Origin: Pristiophorus japonicus
Taxonomy: Eukaryota
NCBI RefSeq assembly: GCF_044704955.1
Contig: NC_091977.1
Location: 304,916,001 to 304,980,000 of the forward strand
Reading direction: 5' to 3'
DNA length: 64,000 nucleotides
Each line of letters opens with the position of its first letter. The stretch's first letter is position 1. The position numbers and the translations under genes were made by a program. This document shows, one piece after another, positions 59,662-64,000 of this stretch. Under the pieces are notes generated by a model. It ran no database searches, was not told the DNA's origin, and saw only the letters and a list, made by a program, of their open reading frames with translations.

Positions 59662-61728
59662 GTAGCAGCAGATGGGATCAGACCGACTGCGTCCAAAACG
59701 GAAGCGATCCAGAGAGCACCCAGACCTCGTAACACGATGAAGCTGCCTTCGTTCTTGGGGCTCCTGAACTATTTTGGTAACTTTCTTCCCAAATTGAGCA
59801 CGTTGTTAGAGCCGCTACACGTGCTTCTACACAAAGGTCATGAATGAGTCTGGGGGAAGAGCCAGGAAAGGGCTTTTGATAGAGCACGCAATTTGTTGTG
59901 CTCCAACAAAATGTTAACGCTATATGATCCATGTGAGAAACTTGTTTTAACGTGCGATGCGTCGTCCTATGGGATCGGATGTGTGTTGCAGCATGTTAAT
60001 GCCAAGGGTCAGTTACAGCCAGTAGCTTATGCCTCCAGAAGTCTGTCCCAGGCAGAAAGGGGCTATGGGATGGTAGAAAAAGAAGCGCTTGCATGTGTAT
60101 ATGCAGTAAGAAAAATGCACCAGTACCTGTTTGGCAGGAAATTTGAGCTGGAGACAGATCACAAACCCCTAACGTCCCTTTTGGCCGACAACAAGGCCAT
60201 AAAGGCAAATGCGTCAGCCCGCATACAGAGGTGGGCACTCACGTTAGCCGCCTATGACTATACAATTCGGCACAGACCGGGCACTGAAAACTGCGCCGAT
60301 GCACTCAGCAGGCTCCCACTCGCCACCACCGAGGGGGCAACCGAGCATGGTGCTGAGATGGTCATGGCTGTTGAAGCTTTCGTACACGAAGGCTCACCTG
60401 TGACAGCCCATCAGATCAAAGTCTGGACAAATAGAGACCCGCTACTGTCTTTAGTCAAGAAATGTGTCCTGAATGGGGACTGAGCAGCCACGTATGGGGC
60501 ATACCCTGAGGAATTTAAACCATTTCACAGACGCAAGGATGAACTCTCGATTCAGGCCGATTGCCTACTGTGGGGAAACCGAGAAGGCATTCCCCAGATG
60601 GGCAGAGAGGTGTTCATCCGAGAACTCCAAAATGAGCACCCGGGCATTGTCATGATGAAGGCAATTGCCAGGTCACACGTTTGGTGGTCAGGGATAGATG
60701 CAGACCTGGAATTTTGTGTTTGCAGGTGCAACACGTGTGCCCAGCTGGGCAATGCACCCAGGGAAGCCACCCGTAGCCCCTGGTCCTGGCCCGCCAAGCC
60801 ATGGTCACGCATCCATGTGGACTACGCAGGTCCTTTCATGGGAAAAATGTTTTTGGTTGTAGTAGACGCCTACTCCAAATGGATCGAGTGTGACATTCTC
60901 AATTCAAGCACATCCTCTGCCACAGTAGAAAGTCTACGGGCAATGTTCGCCACCCATGCTCTACCGGACGTCTTGGTCAGCGACAATGGCCCGTGCTTTA
61001 CAAGCATTGAGTTCCAGGACTTCACGACAGGAAGTGGTATCAACCATGTCAGAATGGCACCATTCAAGCCGGCCTCAAACGGCCAGGCGGAACGAGCAGT
61101 GCAGATAATCAAACAGGGAATGCTCAGAATCCAAGGGGGTTCCCTACAAAGCCGCTTATCATGCCTCCTGTTGGCCAATAGATCCCGACCACACTCGCTC
61201 ACAGGGGTTCCACCCGCAGAGCTGCTAATGAAAAGGACGCTCAAAATCAGGTTATCCCTTATACATCCCACCATGAAAGAAATTGTTGAGAGCAGGCGCC
61301 GGTCACAATGTGACTACCATGGCGGGAATGCGAGGGCGCGATGTATTGATGTCAATGACCCGGTCTTTGTCCTCAACTATGCTGCAGGGCCCAAATGGCT
61401 TACAGGCACTGTGATTGCCAAAGAGGGGAATAGGATTCTGGTAGTTAAACTTACCAATGGACAAATCTGCCGCAAACACGTGGATCAAACTAAAAGGAGG
61501 TTCAGCAACCCCATAGAAGAAGCAGAGGAAGAACACGATGTCGAGTTCACTCCACCACAGGTGACCGAACACCGGAACCAAAGGGAGGAGAGCCCAGTCA
61601 CTGTGGGCAGTCGGGACAGGCCTGAGGCACTGCAAACAGCAGACACTCAGGCCAGCGCCCAACAACCGGAGCCCCAAATCAGGCGCTCTACAAGGGAGCG
61701 TAAACCACCAGAGAGACTCAACCTGTGA
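59662..61728 (+). pseudogene. Gypsy RT end, RNase H and integrase (3' part)
   Basis: TCDASSYG, ETDHKPL, HPG...CNTC, HVDYAGP, SDNG, SNGQAER. Confidence 0.93.
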
Positions 61729-62305
61729 TCCCAATAAGACTTTGGGGGGGGAGGTGATGTCATGTATTCAACTGTCATTGTAATCCATGTATAAACAGAC
61801 CTAAGTTGTACACCGTGAGAACACTAGCCACTTGGTGGTGAACTTGTGGGAGACACTCCTAACCTGGACTTTCAGGTATAAAAGGGGAAGCTCCACCCAC
61901 CTTCATCACTTCAGTGCTGGCTAATAAAGGTTACTGGTCACAGAGTGACCTTCTCTCTAGTATGGGCCTCGTGTGCATTTGTACTGTATAGTAAGGACAT
62001 ATTACCAATATCCGCACTCACTACAGATATGTAAATTATACAGATCATGACGTCAGTGAGCGTGCAACGATCACATGATGCCTGATCTGTGAATTTTGAC
62101 TTTGCTGCTTCTCTAACTAGCACATCTTAAGTACGACGAACTGAGCAAGCGTTGACAAGCAGGAAGGAAGCTCCAGCAGTGGTATTTAAAGTGATCATCA
62201 GCAAATACTTGCACCTGACATGTTTGTTCACTTCGACTGGCTCTGTGCAACTTTCTGCAACTCCAGCAGTTTTATTAACTTCTTTCAAGGTTCAAAGGTA
62301 ACAGG

Positions 62306-62872
62306 GGGCTGGAATTTGATCACCATTTCCGCCCGGTTTCTCGGCGGTATTCCTACTTTTTTGTTTAAAACCACCCAGTCCAAGTTTCATCAGAGTGTTC
62401 CACCGGCGGTTTCGAAATACCGCTAGGGAGCGGACTGCTGCCGTGCAACACTGAAAAACTGCCACCGAGTTTGGTGGTAGTGGTGTTCCATAGTTGCTGA
62501 AAAAAAACACCGCTCAGGAGAAACTAACCGGAGCAGCAGCGGTCAGTATAAAACTCTGCAAAGAAAGGTAAGTGAACGTTTTTTTTACATTCTTTTGCAG
62601 CACTGGATTTTCTGTTTGTAGGAAAAATATTTTTTGTGTTCTCCCCTCTCCCGAGACCCAACTCGCAGCCTTGGACTAAATTTTGAGTAAGTACTGCCCA
62701 ATTTGACTAGGATCGCATTTTCCACCGGGAATCCATGTGGATGACCGATTTTTCCCGCCAGGCGGATTTTTTTCCATTTTTTGATCAATTTCCAGCAGGC
62801 CTTAATTTAATAATGTTAGCGTTTTTTTGGGCGGCAATCCAGCGGTGGTGGTTTTTGATCAAATTCTAGCCC
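62306..62872. mobile_element. MITE with Harbinger-type TIRs
   Basis: GGGCTGGAATTTGATCA ... TGATCAAATTCTAGCCC. Confidence 0.8.
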
Positions 62873-63059
62873 AGTGAGTGTTGTTGCATGTGGAGAATGG
62901 CTTCATTATCATTTAAAGGCTTCTGCTCACAACACTTGCTCACAATCATGGGGGCTCTACCTGCAGTCCCCCTAGTGCTCGAATATCTTTGGGAATGGAG
63001 CGGAGGCAGCAAAGAAGATGAGAAGATGCGCGCAGGGGGAGGAGAAAGAGAGCCAGAAG

Positions 63060-63910
63060 GCCTCTCAACAGGAGGTCTTACGCACCTATAGTCTTCCAAG
63101 AGCACTTCTCTTGTATCAACTTAAGCAAGGAGCACTGTATTAGGCAGCTACACTTCACCAAGGAGGTGGTCACTGAACTCTGGCATCTCCTGCAACCAGA
63201 CCTGCTGCCTGAGAGCAGGGCAAACATGGCTCTCCCAGTGGCAGTCAAGGTCACTGTGGCCCTCAATTTGTTTAACAGTGGATCCTTCCAGTCTGCAGCA
63301 GGAGACTTGCTGACGCCTCACAGTTCGCTGTCCATAGCTGCGTCCGGGAGGTCACTTTCTACACCAGGAGAAGGGACTACTTTATCTTCTCTCCAAGCAT
63401 GTGGCTTTGCCAGGATAGCAGGCTTCCCAATGGTGCAGGGCGACATCAACTACACCCACCTGGCTTTTCAGGTACTGTATAATGATCCTACGATCTTCCG
63501 TAACCACAAATGCTACCACTCACTTAATGTGCAGTTGTTGTGCGACCATGCCCAGCACTTCCTGATGGGCAATGCCTGGTATCCTGGGAGCAGTCATGAT
63601 GCCTTCATCCTGCTAACACCTTCCAGTTACCACAGCAAATATGACAGTAACTGCTCGGAGACAAGGGCTATTGTCTTTGAAGTTGACCCATGGCTTCCCT
63701 CTGCATCCCCACCACTTGTGCCTAGCACTCATATAATGAGGGAAATGCTCCCACCAGTAATATCATCGAGCAGACCATCGGGCTACTGAAACAATAGTTC
63801 TGCTGCCTTGACCACTCAGGAGGAGCCCTCCAGTACAAGCCAGCATGGGTGTCCTATTTCTTGGTGGTCTGCTGCATGCTCCACAACGTGACCATCATGA
63901 GGGGGCAGCC
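63060..63910 (+). pseudogene. Harbinger (HARBI1-like) transposase remnant
   Basis: ALPVAVKVTVALNLFNSGSFQ, GFPMVQGDINYTH, YHSLNVQLLCD, YPGSSHDAFIL, GGALQY, CCMLHN; frameshifted, with the catalytic D altered. Confidence 0.88.
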
Positions 63911-64000
63911 TTTTCCATCAGGAATTGTGGGACTATCTCAGGAGGAGGACGAGGGACAGGAGGAGGAGGTGGAGGAGGAAGAGGAAGATGAGCAAGAGAA

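Larger units (their letters stand above)
46376..62004 (+). mobile_element. Full-length Ty3/Gypsy LTR retrotransposon, split by the nested provirus
   Basis: 247-bp LTRs (46376-46622, 61758-62004), TSD CCGAT/CCAAT, PBS TGGCGACGAG (tRNA-Ser-like) at 46624, PPT at ~61744-61757. The RT frame ...FLGMRV|AADGIRPT rejoins across the insertion. Confidence 0.96.

Noticed and set aside
63060-63910. Domesticated host HARBI1 gene
   Set aside because: Frameshifts, deletions, an altered catalytic motif and a second decayed relative at 2892-3400 indicate transposon relics.

Overview
Eukaryotic, transposon-saturated intergenic or intronic DNA, most likely from a cartilaginous fish (shark). That is inferred from the CR1/HER1-type LINE tails, Deu-domain SINEs, RTE, L2, Penelope and Harbinger families. 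No intact host gene is supported. The standout feature is a 10.9-kb minus-strand provirus (48781-59661) with 1.4-kb LTRs, a 4-bp TSD, a tRNA-Arg-like PBS and a PPT. It encodes a coiled-coil Gag with a CCHC knuckle, PR, a YVDD RT, a degenerate RNase H tether plus a second RNase H, IN and an F-protein-like env, an architecture matching lokiretroviruses. Its env appears to carry an immunoglobulin-superfamily domain ahead of the fusion module. The provirus sits inside a Gypsy element, which probably sits inside a Harbinger transposon. A remnant of a second related retrovirus (env C-terminus plus 3' LTR) lies at 39100-41370. Also present are a ~3.1-kb near-palindrome of two inverted MITE copies, Gypsy LTRs ending TG...TA, and a spliced Myb/SANT Harbinger gene remnant. 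All assignments were made by eye; no searches were run.
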